Assembly: GCA_040954595.2 (NCBI GenBank)
Contig: CM082591.2
Location: forward strand, 9,048,717 to 9,103,511
Source of the DNA: Balanoglossus misakiensis
Lineage: Eukaryota; Animalia; Hemichordata
Reading direction: 5' to 3'
Length of the DNA: 54,795 nucleotides
Shown here: piece after piece, positions 12,437 to 24,968 of the stretch
Layout of the letters: every line of letters begins with the position of its first letter
Numbering within the stretch: position 1 is the stretch's first letter
The notes under the pieces: generated by a model
What the model saw: the letters and a program-made list of their open reading frames with translations, nothing else
The model's database searches: none
Told to the model about the DNA's origin: nothing
Made by a program: the position numbers and the translations under genes

Positions 12437-12667
12437 GAAGGGCTGTTTTTATGGTTCATTAATAAATTTGATCAAATTTCTTGCTCAAAAGTCACTTGTT
12501 ATTCCCTTTTATACAGGGGGAAGTTGTTTTTGACTATTTTTGTCAGTCACCTGTGATACAATGAATTGAATACAGTATTTCAGTCACTTTTATTACAAGA
12601 TCTGTTGTTTTAACCATATTTCAACAGAAATCCATTATGGCCGCCAGTGTCACATGACCAATTAATG
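12437..12667 (-). mobile_element. Partial copy of the one-ended TTAA element remnant seen at 40815-41237
   Basis: Reverse-complement match to ~41007-41237 with the same TACCTA|GAAGG junction into LINE A. Truncated by the tandem-duplication breakpoint. Confidence 0.7.
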
Positions 12668-14345
12668 TTTTGCATTATTAAATATATTATTAAAAAAATC
12701 CGTTGTTGATGAATGTTGTCTTGTTTTCATTGACGGGTTCTGAACAATTTAGGTAGTCGACGTCTAGTATCTAGCCATTTTCTGTCCGCTTTGCTTCCAA
12801 AACTACGTCTATCGTCATGCATGTCACTGGCCCTGCCTCATACCCCTCAAGTATTTCGGGCAATATTTACGTCTTGCATGTAGCTACAGTTGCCCAAATG
12901 TTTCTTATATCTTCATTATGTAGTATTCCATGATAAATGTACGGGAAAAATGGGCAATTTTCGATGATGAAAAAGGGATAAGCATGAGAAAAACTGGGGC
13001 TTTAAGGAAATGCATTATACTCTCTGTGTGTGTCTTCATTGATATGCGTCACATTTATCAGCCCGTTAAAATAATACTCTGATGAAGTTTTTGGTTAGAC
13101 TGAAAATAATTTTACTTTCCAAACAATATAAGCTCAGTCATACAATACAGTCATACATTCGGAGATCACAAACGCAGCTTGTCTAGCTGCAGATGGGAAG
13201 TGTAGGCAGAAATCTGAAAAAATATAACACTTCAATTTATGATCATCTCTAATGTGATAATTTCATTGGTCGACTTTTCAAATACAGTGATATTTTTCAT
13301 ATGTTGAAAATATCTGAATAGCTCTATCAAAACCTGTTGTGAAAATTTAAAAAAAACGACCATTTTGCAAGTGTTTACTCAAAATTCTACATATATTATA
13401 ATTAAAAATGGGGAAAAAGCGGGACCACGAAACCAGGTTGCAGGACAACTAAATTATTTTATTTACTGATATGGGGACAGAGTAGATTCAAAATGGATAT
13501 ACTCACCCCTGCTCGAAATGTGAAGAGACTCTTGGCTCTCTGTGAAAGCTAACAACAAACGCATCAACATGCATTAATTATGATACTACTGGGGAGTTAA
13601 TGATAACCTTGCATCAAGGAGAGAAGTCCACAATGGAGGTTAATCAACCCCTACCCCGTGTGTCATTTTTTCATCAGAAAATGGTGAATGTAATATTGAT
13701 TACCATAACCAAATCTCTTTAGCCTATGGATTGGCAGCTTTTCGAAAAGACCGTAAATGAGTTGTTTTTTTCATGATCAATTCGGGGGGGGGGAGTATTC
13801 GTGGGTCGACAACACGTCAAAGGAAATTATTGTAATGCCCAGCCTTTGAAAAATACGGGTCCTGATAATATTGTTGCAGCTTCTCGTGTAACTGGTACTG
13901 TAACATTGAACAACAAAATACCAGCTTTATGTTCTATTATTCATGAGAAGATGACCGATATCCTTGTAGTAACGGAATCTTGGCTGAGTGACTCAAAACA
14001 GCATTTGACTATGAATGAACTTCGCTCATCGTTGATTGGTTATAATATCTACAACTCTCCCGGTGCATCTCGTAGAGGTGGCGGAGTGGCAGTAATTGTG
14101 CGGATAAATCTAACCACCAATGTTTCAACAAACTATAGTTTCTCATCTTTTGAATAAAAGATTTACGTATTCAAGTAAAGTCTGAAATGATCCACATGAT
14201 AGTTGTTTATCGTCCACCACAGTCAAGGAAAAATGGTTCAACACCCAAAGCATTCTTCAGCGAATTCACATCGTTACTGGAGTGCGTTGTCGTTTCGCCT
14301 GGAAAATTACTTATATTTGGTGATTTCAACTTTCACATGGAAGAT

Positions 14346-16246
14346 AGATAGATAGATAGATAGTTTATTTCACCAGATAGATGCATTTGACGTAACTGGT
14401 GCGGACCAGGGAAGTAGTTCTAGTGGAACTCTAATCGTGTCCCTGGCCCTAAATACATACAAATCATTGAGACAATTAATATAATTGCCAATTCATATCA
14501 CAAAGCAATAGTTGGTAGTCAAACAACGTCGTGACGAAGTAAATAGGTTTATAATCTATGCTCAACAGATACATTTTCAGAGAGCTTTTAAGTAATTCCT
14601 TGATTGAATTGATTTTATTTGTGTAGGAATTTCATTCCAATGCTTGGTAATAGAATAGTATAAATTATTTTGAGATGAAGTAAGTTTTACTTTGGGAAGC
14701 GTAAACTTATCAGAAGAGGCAAATCTTGTAAAATATTTGTGTGATACAAATGAAGCATAGCGATCTAGTGAGTGGGCATAATGCCCTGCCTTTAGATCAC
14801 ACGCAAAGACACAAGTTTGAAATTTACAGAGTTTATAAACATTAAGAATTCCAGGTAGCTGAAAAAGTGGTGCACTATGTGTATTAGGGCTAGAAAATGT
14901 TATAAGTCTCACAAGTCTGTTTTGCAATTTGAAAATACAATCTAAATAGGTTTTATACGCATTTCCCCATATTTCAATACAATACATTATATGGGGAAGG
15001 ATAAGACAATTGTATAATAATAAAATTATAGACTTAGGGAGATAATGGCGTACATATGAAATAATACCGATTTTTTGGCGAACCTTCTTAAAAATAATGT
15101 TGATGTGAGCCTTCCAGGATAATGATGAGTCAAGAGTAACTCCAAGATAAACAGCAGATAAAACATTTTGTATTGGTAAATCAGAGAGATATAAATCCCC
15201 TTCAGGCTTAAACTTCGCCTGGGCTGTTTTGAAAATAACATAGTTTGTTTTGTCAATATTAATAGTAAGTTTATTTGACTTACACCAGGTCTGTACTTTA
15301 GTAAGCTCAACATTCAGAGTGGCAAGATCGATTTTGTCCTGCTTATCTGAACAAAATAAATTGGTATCGTCAGCAAATAACCTGAATTGAAAATAGTCTG
15401 CGGACCTGCAGATATCATTTATATATACTAGAAAAAGAAGTGGACCTAGAATTGATCCCTGTGAAATCCCACAGGAGGTCCTTTTCGCTTTTGAAGTACA
15501 ATTATTGACCTTGACATACTGCTGTCGGTCTTCTATATTAGTCTTAAGTGTGGATCCCCTAATCCCATAGTGGCATAGCTTAGCTAACAAAATTGTGTGG
15601 AGATCTGCTAAAGCTAACTTAGTACTATATTTTGCGAAATCCATATTGGCTGTTTGTGAGAATATCAATTTTTTCAAAAAGAGAACACAGTTGCTTATTT
15701 ACAATAGACTCGTACAGCTTACTAAAGATTGGCAAGACAGAGATAGGTCTGTAATTTCCTATTTCATGAACACAACCCTTTTTAAAAATTGGTGTTACTC
15801 TTGCCATTTTCAGTTTCTCTGGAAAAATACCCTGTGACAAGGAAATATTAACAATATGAGCAAATGGTTCTGTAATATAATCAGCTGCTTCCTTTACAAG
15901 TTTTGGATATATTTCATCAAAACCAGCAGCTTAATAATGGTCTAATAAATTAATTTCTCTGAGTATATCACCAGAATGCACAGGATGGAAAAAGAAAGAA
16001 TTAAATGACTAATACCAAGGTAATCATTGAAAATAGCGCTACAATGTATTTGTGAAGCTAGATTTTGTCCAATGTTGACAAAAAAAATTAAAAGCGTCAA
16101 CTATATCAATATTTTTAGTAACAAAATTCCCAGGGTTTTTGTCATCTTTTATTTTTTGTGGAGCATTAACCTTTGAACTTTTGTTCAAGATTTCACTGAT
16201 GACTTGCCATTTTTTGTTGTCCTTCCCAGAGGCTACAGACAGTTGC
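14346..16246 (-). mobile_element. LINE B copy 2 (without the Harbinger insertion)
   Basis: Near-identical to 2807-2885 + 9248-11070. RT ORF 14577-15677. (GATA)n tail and AAGAT junction repeats. Confidence 0.92.
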
Positions 16247-17635
16247 AAGATGATACTAATCGCGATGTAATCAAGTTTAAAAAACGTTTAGTATCATTGG
16301 ATCTCGTCCAGCCTGTAACCTGCCCGACGCATGAAAGGAGTCACACACTTGATCTGGTTATATCACATTCATCGCAAAATCTCGTTAAGGATTTTGAATT
16401 GGACAGTAGCCTACCATCGGATCATAGTTTGGTTAATTTTGCATTTCGTTTGACTAGACCTCACACCAGGAAGATCAAAGCTGTTAGTCGGAAAATAACT
16501 AATATTGACTGCAATCAAGTGATGTCATGTATGAGTGACAATCCTCTCTCTACACTGGAAGGCGCATCTGTGGATATGTTGCTTCAGGATTATACTATCA
16601 CTTTGTCCAGGGTATTTGATACTGTCGCCCCACCAACAACGAAAGTTGTCAACGACAAACCACGTGCACCTTGGTTCTGTGGCAAAATTCGTGATCATCA
16701 AAAGGAAGTCAGAAAATTACAACGTCACTATCTGGAATGTAAATCCCCTGGAGATAAATAAACAAATCTTCCAAGCTAAACGCTCTGCTCATAATCTACT
16801 CGTCAACAACACCAGATCTGCCTACTATCGTTCAAAGATTGAAAACTCTGATCAACGTAAGTTATTCTCTATCATCGACGATATCATGGGTGAGAAATCA
16901 TCATCAGCCCTGATTCTGCCACGTCATTGCGACCCCAAGCTTCTGGCTGAAGAGTTTTCGGACTTTTTCTTGAAGAAAGTGATGAAGATCAGAGAGTTAC
17001 TGGATTCCACAAGTGGGGTACAAGAATTTTATGACTGGGGTCCAACATTTAATAATTTCATGTGTTTCAGAGCAATATGTCTCTTAGTTAATCAAATCAA
17101 TGAATTCCAAATCTTGTAAACATGACCCAATCCCGACTTCTTTGCTGAAAATGTGCCTTCCATATATCAACACGTATCACAGACATAGTAAATAAGTCAT
17201 TTATTTCTGGTGTTTTTCCGCAGTGTCTAAAACATGCCATAGTTAGAACTTCACTGAAGATGCATGGATTGGATCAAGATAAATTGAAAAACTTTCGACC
17301 TGTATCAAATCTTCGTTTATTGGTAAAGTCATTGAAAGGATAGCAGTAGATCAACTACATCATCATTTAACAAGGTCTCAGCTGTATTGCAAATTTCAAT
17401 CTGCTTATCGAGAATTCCATAGCACAGAAACGGCTTTGCTAAAGGTACATAACGACATTGTAATTTCTATCGATAGTCATTCAGAAGTGATTCTTGTTCT
17501 TTTAGACTTGAGTGCTGCGTTTGATACCATTGACCATGACATTCTTTTGAAGAGGTTGGAGACTCGCTTTGGCGTCAAAGAACAAGTACTGGAGTGGTTT
17601 CCGTCATACCTAAAATGACGTACTCAGAGTGTAAT

Positions 17636-18300
17636 TAAATAATAACACATGATAGCGAGGGCAATATCACGATTTGAAGCCTGCACGAGGGATGGTGCTC
17701 TCTGACCATAATATTGATGATGCCCGAGCCGCAGGCGAGGGTATCATCAATATTGTGGTCAGAGATCACCAGCCCGAGGGCAGGCTTCAAATCGTGATGT
17801 TGCCCGAGCATCATGTGTTATTAATTTTATTACGCCGAACATTTGAACGTACATACAAGGCAGGCATAGAAGAACGTAGATGCGCGTCCATATGCCGTAC
17901 GTTGCTGAGAATGTAAAATGTTTCGATCTCCCAAGAATTATACGATACCTTAGTACTTCGAACTTAGATTATTTTGAAAATACTGCACTGTTGGTTGCGA
18001 TTTTGTTGTATTTACTGTCCGTTTGTGGTAAAATATCGTCCAGTTGAACAGGTGTAAAGCCTATGTGTCGCTTTGAAGCCATAGATGCTGGAGTTGACTG
18101 ATCGTGGAGGAAGCCATTGAACGACAGTTTGGAACGCGCAGAAGTCGCGCGCAGAACACAAAACAACCCAGCGGGCAATATCAGCGGCGGCGCATGCGAC
18201 AGGGCTTTATCAACTCTAGCCATGTTATATCACTTTTTTTTCTATATCACGTGAGCGCGTCTCAGCCAATCACGAATATAGTATAATACGTGAGGTGTAA
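17636..18300. mobile_element. 665 bp non-coding insertion with a subterminal ~180 nt hairpin, no TIRs (possibly Crypton-like non-autonomous element)
   Basis: Removing it restores the LINE A RT frame (AGT GTA ATG GTC). TAAT (extendable to GTGTAAT) is directly repeated at both ends. Hairpin 17641-17822. The family label is inference only. Confidence 0.75.
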
Positions 18301-19171
18301 TAATGGTCAATGGCGTCTCTTCTGAACCGCGTGAACTTGTATATGGAGTTCCAAAAGGCAGTGTGTTGGGGCCGTTCTTATTTACAATAAATTGTGCCCC
18401 CTTGAGGACATCATGGAAAAACACTTAATAAGCTTTATGATTTATGCTGATGATACACAAGTTTACTTAACCTGAAAGCGAGCTGATTATTCAAAGTTGC
18501 AGATTGAATCTTGCGTGGATGAGATTCGTAAATTGATGGCCGTGAACAAGCTTGTTTTAAATGACACTAAGACAGAATTAATTCATCATCATTCGAAATT
18601 CAGACCCTTTACACCGCTACCCGGACTACATGTCGGTACAGACCCAATCACCCCACCCCTAACCGTTGTCAGAGACCTTGGCTTTTATTTTGACAGTGTT
18701 GTTATAGCTCATACTCAAATTATGCAAGTCTGTAAGTCAGCCTCGTTTGTTTTAAATCGCATGGGTCGTATCCGTAACGTTTTAGATAGAAAAACTACTG
18801 AAACATTAATTCACGCCTTCATAACATCATGTCTTGACTACTGTAATAGCTTGTACATTCATCTTCCTGAGTATCCCATTAACCGGTTACAACGCATACA
18901 GAACTCAGCGCTCGTTTGTTGACTCGCACTAAAAAAACGAACACATCAAGCCGGTCCTTCAAGAGTTAAAATGGCTCCCTCTCATCCATCGAATTGATTT
19001 CAAAGTTCTTATGCTTACATACAAATGTCTTTATGGCTAAGCGCCAACCTATCTGTCAGATGATTCTCGTGGATACCCTCACATACGATCTTTTTCAATG
19101 TCCAATGCCATATTATGATTACCATCCCAAATATAACATAGATCTGGGTCCGAGATGCCTTCTTTAACTTA

Positions 19172-20093
19172 GGGACCGTTCAGTTTTTACGGCCGGGGGG
19201 GGCGGCAAAATCCAGGGGGGGTCACTTAAATTTTGAAGTCCACAAGGGGGGGGGGGTCATCTGTTTTTTTTAAACGTTTAGGGGGGTCACATACTTTTGC
19301 CACCGAACTTTTGCTTTTGAGTCCACAAAATTGCAGTTTCGCACCCTTTATTTTACCCCCTCCCACACCCACCCCCTTCATTCTCCGCCACATTTCATTT
19401 TTTGCTGGTTTGTCTAGTGTACCAGGGCAGAGTGCTTGCCACCCCAACCCCACCGATGATAATATTTAACAAAATGAATACATAAAGGAGAATAATTGTT
19501 TAAACCATTTTGCATAACTGATAGTTTCGCGCTGCATCTTCTATATACTAGAAGTTTTATAAATGATGTCATGACAAGATGACGCCAAATCTTCTAACTT
19601 TGAGTGGAGTGGCAAAAAGTAAAATTGGTCCTCCCAAACATTGAGATAATTTGCTTTTGAGTTCATCAAAATGCAACTTTGCACTACATATTTTACAAAA
19701 TTTTCTTTATGTCGGAGGGGGACACCCCCTCCCAAGCCCACCCCCGCCACTTTTCTTGTTTTACCAATTCTAGCAAACATTGTATTGACTTGTCATTTTA
19801 TTTTGATCATAGATTTCTTTATTGCAACGATATACTATAATTATATACTTCAATAATACTTTAAGAAATATATAATTGAGGTGTGAGGAACCTCATTCCC
19901 TTTATTGCATACAGTGTACATAGGATCAGGACGGCGAATGTTTTCGGCGTGGGGGGGGGGGTCATCAAATTTTTGGGTCTGTCAAAGGGGGGTCATCATT
20001 TTTTGGTCCTGGGTGAAGGGGGGGCCGGCCTGATTTTGAGAACCGATTACACAAACTTGCCGCCCCCCCCTGCCGTAAAAACTGAACGGTCCC
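19172..20093. mobile_element. Harbinger/Tourist-type MITE, 922 bp, TTA target-site duplication
   Basis: TIR GGGACCGTTCAGTTTTTACGGC...GCCGTAAAAACTGAACGGTCCC. TTA at 19169-19171 and 20094-20096. Empty site with a single TAA at 40066-40068. Poly-G/poly-C subterminal runs. Confidence 0.93.
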
Positions 20094-20825
20094 TTATGTG
20101 AAAAGGTAGCTAAAGAACACTGCATGCAAATTTCCCTCGTTCAGGGTGTAGGAATAGATAACCAAAAAATGCTTGCCTTCTAACGTTAAATCAACGATAA
20201 GGTATCGACCATTTAGGTCTGAGATGACATTGTGAATTGAAAAATTACCACTGTTGATAGTGGTCATCATCCCCTACTGTTTGCATAGACATGAGCATAC
20301 AATGCCTCTGAACTGACTGTTCCAGTATTTGACACTGCTTTGGCAACTGTGAGTTTCTTATAGCATTGTTATTGTTGCACCCTGGTTTCTAATCCAGGGG
20401 GAGATTTTCTTGCGTTTCTTAAGCTGGCCCATACCTCTGACATTTAGTGATAACACACTAATGCCGTCAGTGACCATTGCCGATTGAATGTCAAAGAATT
20501 CTGGAAGATTCTGGCAGGATTATTCAACATGCGGACTTGGTTTTCAAGAATGAAAAAGTGAACAAACAGGACAAAAAAAACGTTCCCAAGAATTTCGAAA
20601 TAAAGCGACGGAACGATAGTGAACAACAACAAGAACATGATGTAGCAAAAAGCCTGCATGCTCAACCCGCGGACCCGTCAAACAACAACATGTAAAAACC
20701 TACACAGTTAATCTGAAGGCAAAAACACGCCATAAAGTGTTATCACGCCAGCCTGGGATACTATTGCTTTGGCGTACACTAAAGAAGTTTGGTCCAGTCC
20801 TTCTCCATAGACTGTCACTGAGAAG

Positions 20826-21725
20826 TTATTCGCGATACAGTCGACCATCAATGTACAGTTTACCGTTGGCAAAACGTGGTCGTTTGCCTTGCTCTAAGGC
20901 TACATCACTGGTCGTAGTTGTCGTGAACGCTTGTAGTCCGATGAGTTGACTCTACCGCAGTCAACTCTACCAACTCGCTAGTCTCTCAAGGTGTATCTGC
21001 CTCTACGCAGTATTTCCAGTCGATCTGATTGTCGAAAGAACTTCACTATAATGTGGGGTGGAGGTCGACCTCCGCTAGCGGCGGTGCCATTAGCAGGGGC
21101 AACTCGATGGGCGTTTTCTATCTTCGTAGATGGGTCGTCGATTTTTAATTTCGAAGCGAGAATCTTCGAAACTAACTCCATGCACCGCTCATTTTCCGAC
21201 ACCTCAATGCCACCAATTCGTAGGTTGAAGCTTCGTGAACATCTTTGTGAGGCCAGAGTCTCTTCCGTTTGTGCTGCGAGTTGTCTGGATTTTCGTCTTC
21301 AAGTCTGTTATGCGCCTATCTGTGGCCATGCCATTGTTGCGCAATTCCTCCCTCTCAGCGTCTGCGTGGTTCAAGGCTTCCTCAAAATCGGCGTGTTTTT
21401 GCTCGACTTTTCTCAATCGTTCGTTCAGGGCCTTAATTTCCAGTAGTTGTTTCTCACCTGTTTTTACTAGAGCTGTCAGATTTTCTGTGACAAATATTTT
21501 ATACTGTGAATCTGAGGCTGCAGCGTCTCCACCATCCATACCGCTGGTCGAGGGGGCCAGAGTAAGGGAATGCACTGTTGCACTGGCGCTGTTGTCTACG
21601 TAGCTCATAATGGTGGGTGACTTCTTCTGTCCGCGTGGTTTTACGGTTTTTGACGCCTTTCCCCTGTGCTTAGTAATTGACCTTCTTAGTGGGTACCGTG
21701 ACTTCTTAGGCGGCTTTTGACACAT
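20826..21725 (-). pseudogene. L1-type ORF1 (coiled coil + RRM + CTD), frameshifted
   Basis: Coiled coil (LLEIKALNERLRKVEQ..), then after a frameshift SRSFNLRIGGIE, IENAHRV, PPHIIVKF, and GKLYIDGRLYRE*. Confidence 0.85.
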
Positions 21726-21920
21726 TCTTTGTTGTCTGAACTGTGTTTTCAAGGGAAAGTTTTTGACAAGCCGGAGCTCGCCCGTCAGGGAAACACTTTA
21801 CCTGCATGTGACCTCTGACCTCGACAAATGTATATTTTACAAACTGGTGATTTTGAAATTCTGGGATGTCATCTCATATCTTATGAAAACAGAAGATATC
21901 ACGTTTATGCGTCGTACAAT

Positions 21921-23310
21921 AGAGAGATTAAGATAGCATACGTAGCGAGAACGTAACGTAGAACACCGATCGCGTTCCGTTTGCGTTACGTGTTGTGAAA
22001 AAAGTGATTAAGACGGCAACGTGACCTTTGACACGTCATGACGCGAATCTTCGTAAAAATGTATCTAATTGGCAGTGACTTTTTCTATTATCCAATCATC
22101 GCTATCGTTACTGCATCGTTTTGTTGCGTCAAAGTTTGTAAACATTGGCCTTAGTAACCAGGAGATGATCGATGGCGGCAGCTAGGAGAAGGTAAGTATC
22201 GTCTATATCAACGCATTTTATTGTATTTTCTGCAGCGAGGATAAACTTTTGGTGTAGTAGGGTCCTGTAGTATGAATGTAATGGAGAGATGGCGGTCTGG
22301 CATGAAAATAACACATTTGAAAGAAATAGGAAGCATACGTAGGTCGAATACGATGTAGTGATTTCCCATCTCAAAAATGTTCAATATCTTACTTTTATGT
22401 GAGTTTTTTCGAGTATCCATTTTCCCTGCAATGAGTGATTGTGCTCTGTCTTCGACCTTTAATTCCAATGGAGTTTCTCAAGTTTATCCTCAGGATACGA
22501 CAGTAAATGCATACTATGTGTATAATTTTCTCTTACACTTACAGGCGTAGACGTGAAGAAATCACTGAGGCCCTTTTAATTTGGGATGAAGAACAGGACG
22601 ACGTTGAGATGTTGTTGATCGACACGTTTGCGAATGGGCGAGATTTGAATAACGCTCCAGTTGATCTTGATTTATTTTCAGATGATGAGTGTTTCGAATT
22701 TTTCAGGTAGGCAAGAAAGATGTTGATGTATTATTCAACATTGTTTACAAAAAAATTCATAGTTATTTCACTAAAAATACTAAAAAAAGAAATGGAATAC
22801 TACACTTTTTAAACCTATTTTTCTTTCCAAAATTACAGATTTGCAAAGCAGGACCTGATCCGCTTACACGATGCACTCTCTCTTCCGGAAAAGATAGTTG
22901 GTTTTAATGAATCCACAGCAACAAGCATGGAGGCATTACTTATTCTACTGCGCCGACTCTCATATCCTAATCGCTGGTGTGATCTAGTACATTTCTTTCA
23001 AAGAGACGAGCCAGAATTGAGTATAATTTTCAATACGGTAAGTAATTTTGTTGTTAATGTATCATTTTTTATATTGTTAATACATGTTATATGTTCCTGC
23101 AATTTTGTACTAAATAATCAGTACATAGTAATTTCTTATCACTTGAATGACATATTTACACTCTATATGTAAAAAGACAATCTAAAGAATGACACTGGAT
23201 CGAATAACAAATTGCCAGGACGTATGTATGTGTTGTTTAACACTAAGGTTAAATATGTGACTTCACAGACTTATTTCAAATCTGTTTGGGTGTGTTGTTT
23301 TATGCAGATT
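21921..23310 (+). mobile_element. Duplicated left end of Harbinger 2 (TIR + first three transposase exons)
   Basis: Near-identical to 24718-26107; cut by the duplication junction. Confidence 0.88.
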
Positions 23311-23622
23311 GCAGGATTATTCAACATGCGGACTTGGTTTTCAAGAATGAAAAAGTGAACAAACAGGACAAAAAAAACGTTCCCAAGAATTTCGAAATAA
23401 AGCGACGGAACGATAGTGAACAACAACAAGAACATGATGTAGCAAAAAGCCTGCATGCTCAACCCGCGGACCCGTCAAACAACAACATGTAAAAACCTAC
23501 ACAGTTAATCTGAAGGCAAAAACACGCCATAAAGTGTTATCACGCCAGCCTGGGATACTATTGCTTTGGCGTACACTAAAGAAGTTTGGTCCAGTCCTTC
23601 TCCATAGACTGTCACTGAGAAG

Positions 23623-24522
23623 TTATTCGCGATACAGTCGACCATCAATGTACAGTTTACCGTTGGCAAAACGTGGTCGTTTGCCTTGCTCTAAGGCTAC
23701 ATCACTGGTCGTAGTTGTCGTGAACGCTTGTAGTCCGATGAGTTGACTCTACCGCAGTCAACTCTACCAACTCGCTAGTCTCTCAAGGTGTATCTGCCTC
23801 TACGCAGTATTTCCAGTCGATCTGATTGTCGAAAGAACTTCACTATAATGTGGGGTGGAGGTCGACCTCCGCTAGCGGCGGTGCCATTAGCAGGGGCAAC
23901 TCGATGGGCGTTTTCTATCTTCGTAGATGGGTCGTCGATTTTTAATTTCGAAGCGAGAATCTTCGAAACTAACTCCATGCACCGCTCATTTTCCGACACC
24001 TCAATGCCACCAATTCGTAGGTTGAAGCTTCGTGAACATCTTTGTGAGGCCAGAGTCTCTTCCGTTTGTGCTGCGAGTTGTCTGGATTTTCGTCTTCAAG
24101 TCTGTTATGCGCCTATCTGTGGCCATGCCATTGTTGCGCAATTCCTCCCTCTCAGCGTCTGCGTGGTTCAAGGCTTCCGCAAAATCGGCGTGTTTTTGCT
24201 CGACTTTTCTCAATCGTTCGTTCAGGGCCTTAATTTCCAGTAGTTGTTTCTCACCTGTTTTTACTAGAGCTGTCAGATTTTCTGTGACAAATATTTTATA
24301 CTGTGAATCTGAGGCTGCAGCGTCTCCACCATCCATACCGCTGGTCGAGGGGGCCAGAGTAAGGGAATGCACTGTTGCACTGGCGCTGTTGTCTACGTAG
24401 CTCATAATGGTGGGTGACTTCTTCTGTCCGCGTGGTTTTACGGTTTTTGACGCCTTTCCCCTGTGCTTAGTAATTGACCTTCTTAGTGGGTACCGTGACT
24501 TCTTAGGCGGCTTTTGACACAT
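23623..24522 (-). pseudogene. L1-type ORF1, duplicate copy
   Basis: Copy of 20826-21725 at +2797. Confidence 0.85.
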
Positions 24523-24968
24523 TCTTTGTTGTCTGAACTGTGTTTTCAAGGGAAAGTTTTTGACAAGCCGGAGCTCGCCCGTCAGGGAAACACTTTACCT
24601 GCATGTGACCTCTGACCTCGACAAATGTATATTTTACAAACTGGTGATTTTGAAATTCTGGGATGTCATCTCATATCTTATGAAAACAGAAGATATCACG
24701 TTTATGCGTCGTACAATAGAGAGATTAAGATAGCATACGTAGCGAGAACGTAACGTAGAACACCGATCGCGTTCCGTTTGCGTTACGTGTTGTGAAAAAA
24801 GTGATTAAGACGGCAACGTGACCTTTGACACGTCATGACGCGAATCTTCGTAAAAATGTATCTAATTGGCGGTGACTTTTTCTATTATCCAATCATCGCT
24901 ATCGTTACTGCATCGTTTTGTTGCGTCAAAGTTTGTAAACATTGGCCTTAGTAACCAGGAGATGATCG

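Larger units (their letters stand above)
1127..17612 (+). repeat. Tandem segmental duplication: copy 1 1127-12436 (with 6.36 kb transposon), copy 2 12666-17612 (without it)
   Basis: Near-identical ORFs recur (2217/13801, 9299/14577, 11028/16204, 11359/16535). The junction at 12666 rejoins sequence from 1127 through a TG microhomology. Confidence 0.95.
13819..19060 (+). mobile_element. LINE A copy 2 (most complete; EN through RT C-terminus), interrupted at 14346-16246 and 17636-18300
   Basis: Same EN motifs as copy 1. RT continues RTQSV|MVNGVSSEPRELVYGVPKGSVLGPFLF, YADDTQVYL, LNDTKTE, VRDLG, IHAFITSCLDYCNS, LKWLP, APTYLSD. Many stops. Confidence 0.9.
1..20143 (+). repeat. Left arm of giant imperfect inverted duplication
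   Basis: Colinear reverse-complement identity with 40019-54795, e.g. 301-2885 vs ~50850-48317, 9245-10371 vs ~48319-47178, 11290-12667 vs ~42395-41007, 18425-19171+20097-20143 vs ~40814-40019. Inner boundary CCTCGTTCA(20143) = TGAACGAGG(40019). Confidence 0.93.
19061..21822 (-). mobile_element. L1/Tx1-type LINE, 5' portion only (5' UTR, ORF1, ORF2 endonuclease start), interrupted by a MITE
   Basis: ORF2 start near 20477 reads MVTDGISVLSLNVRGMGQLKKRKKI..ML*ETH..DLNGRYLIV and continues past the MITE to DGNHNMALDIEKD. ORF1 lies upstream. Abuts the LINE A 3' end near 19060. Confidence 0.8.

Noticed and set aside
20991-21603. Plus-strand ORFs overlapping L1 ORF1 (and similar antisense ORFs over gag-pol and the transposases)
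   Set aside because: Shadow frames of recognised TE coding sequence with no motifs of their own.
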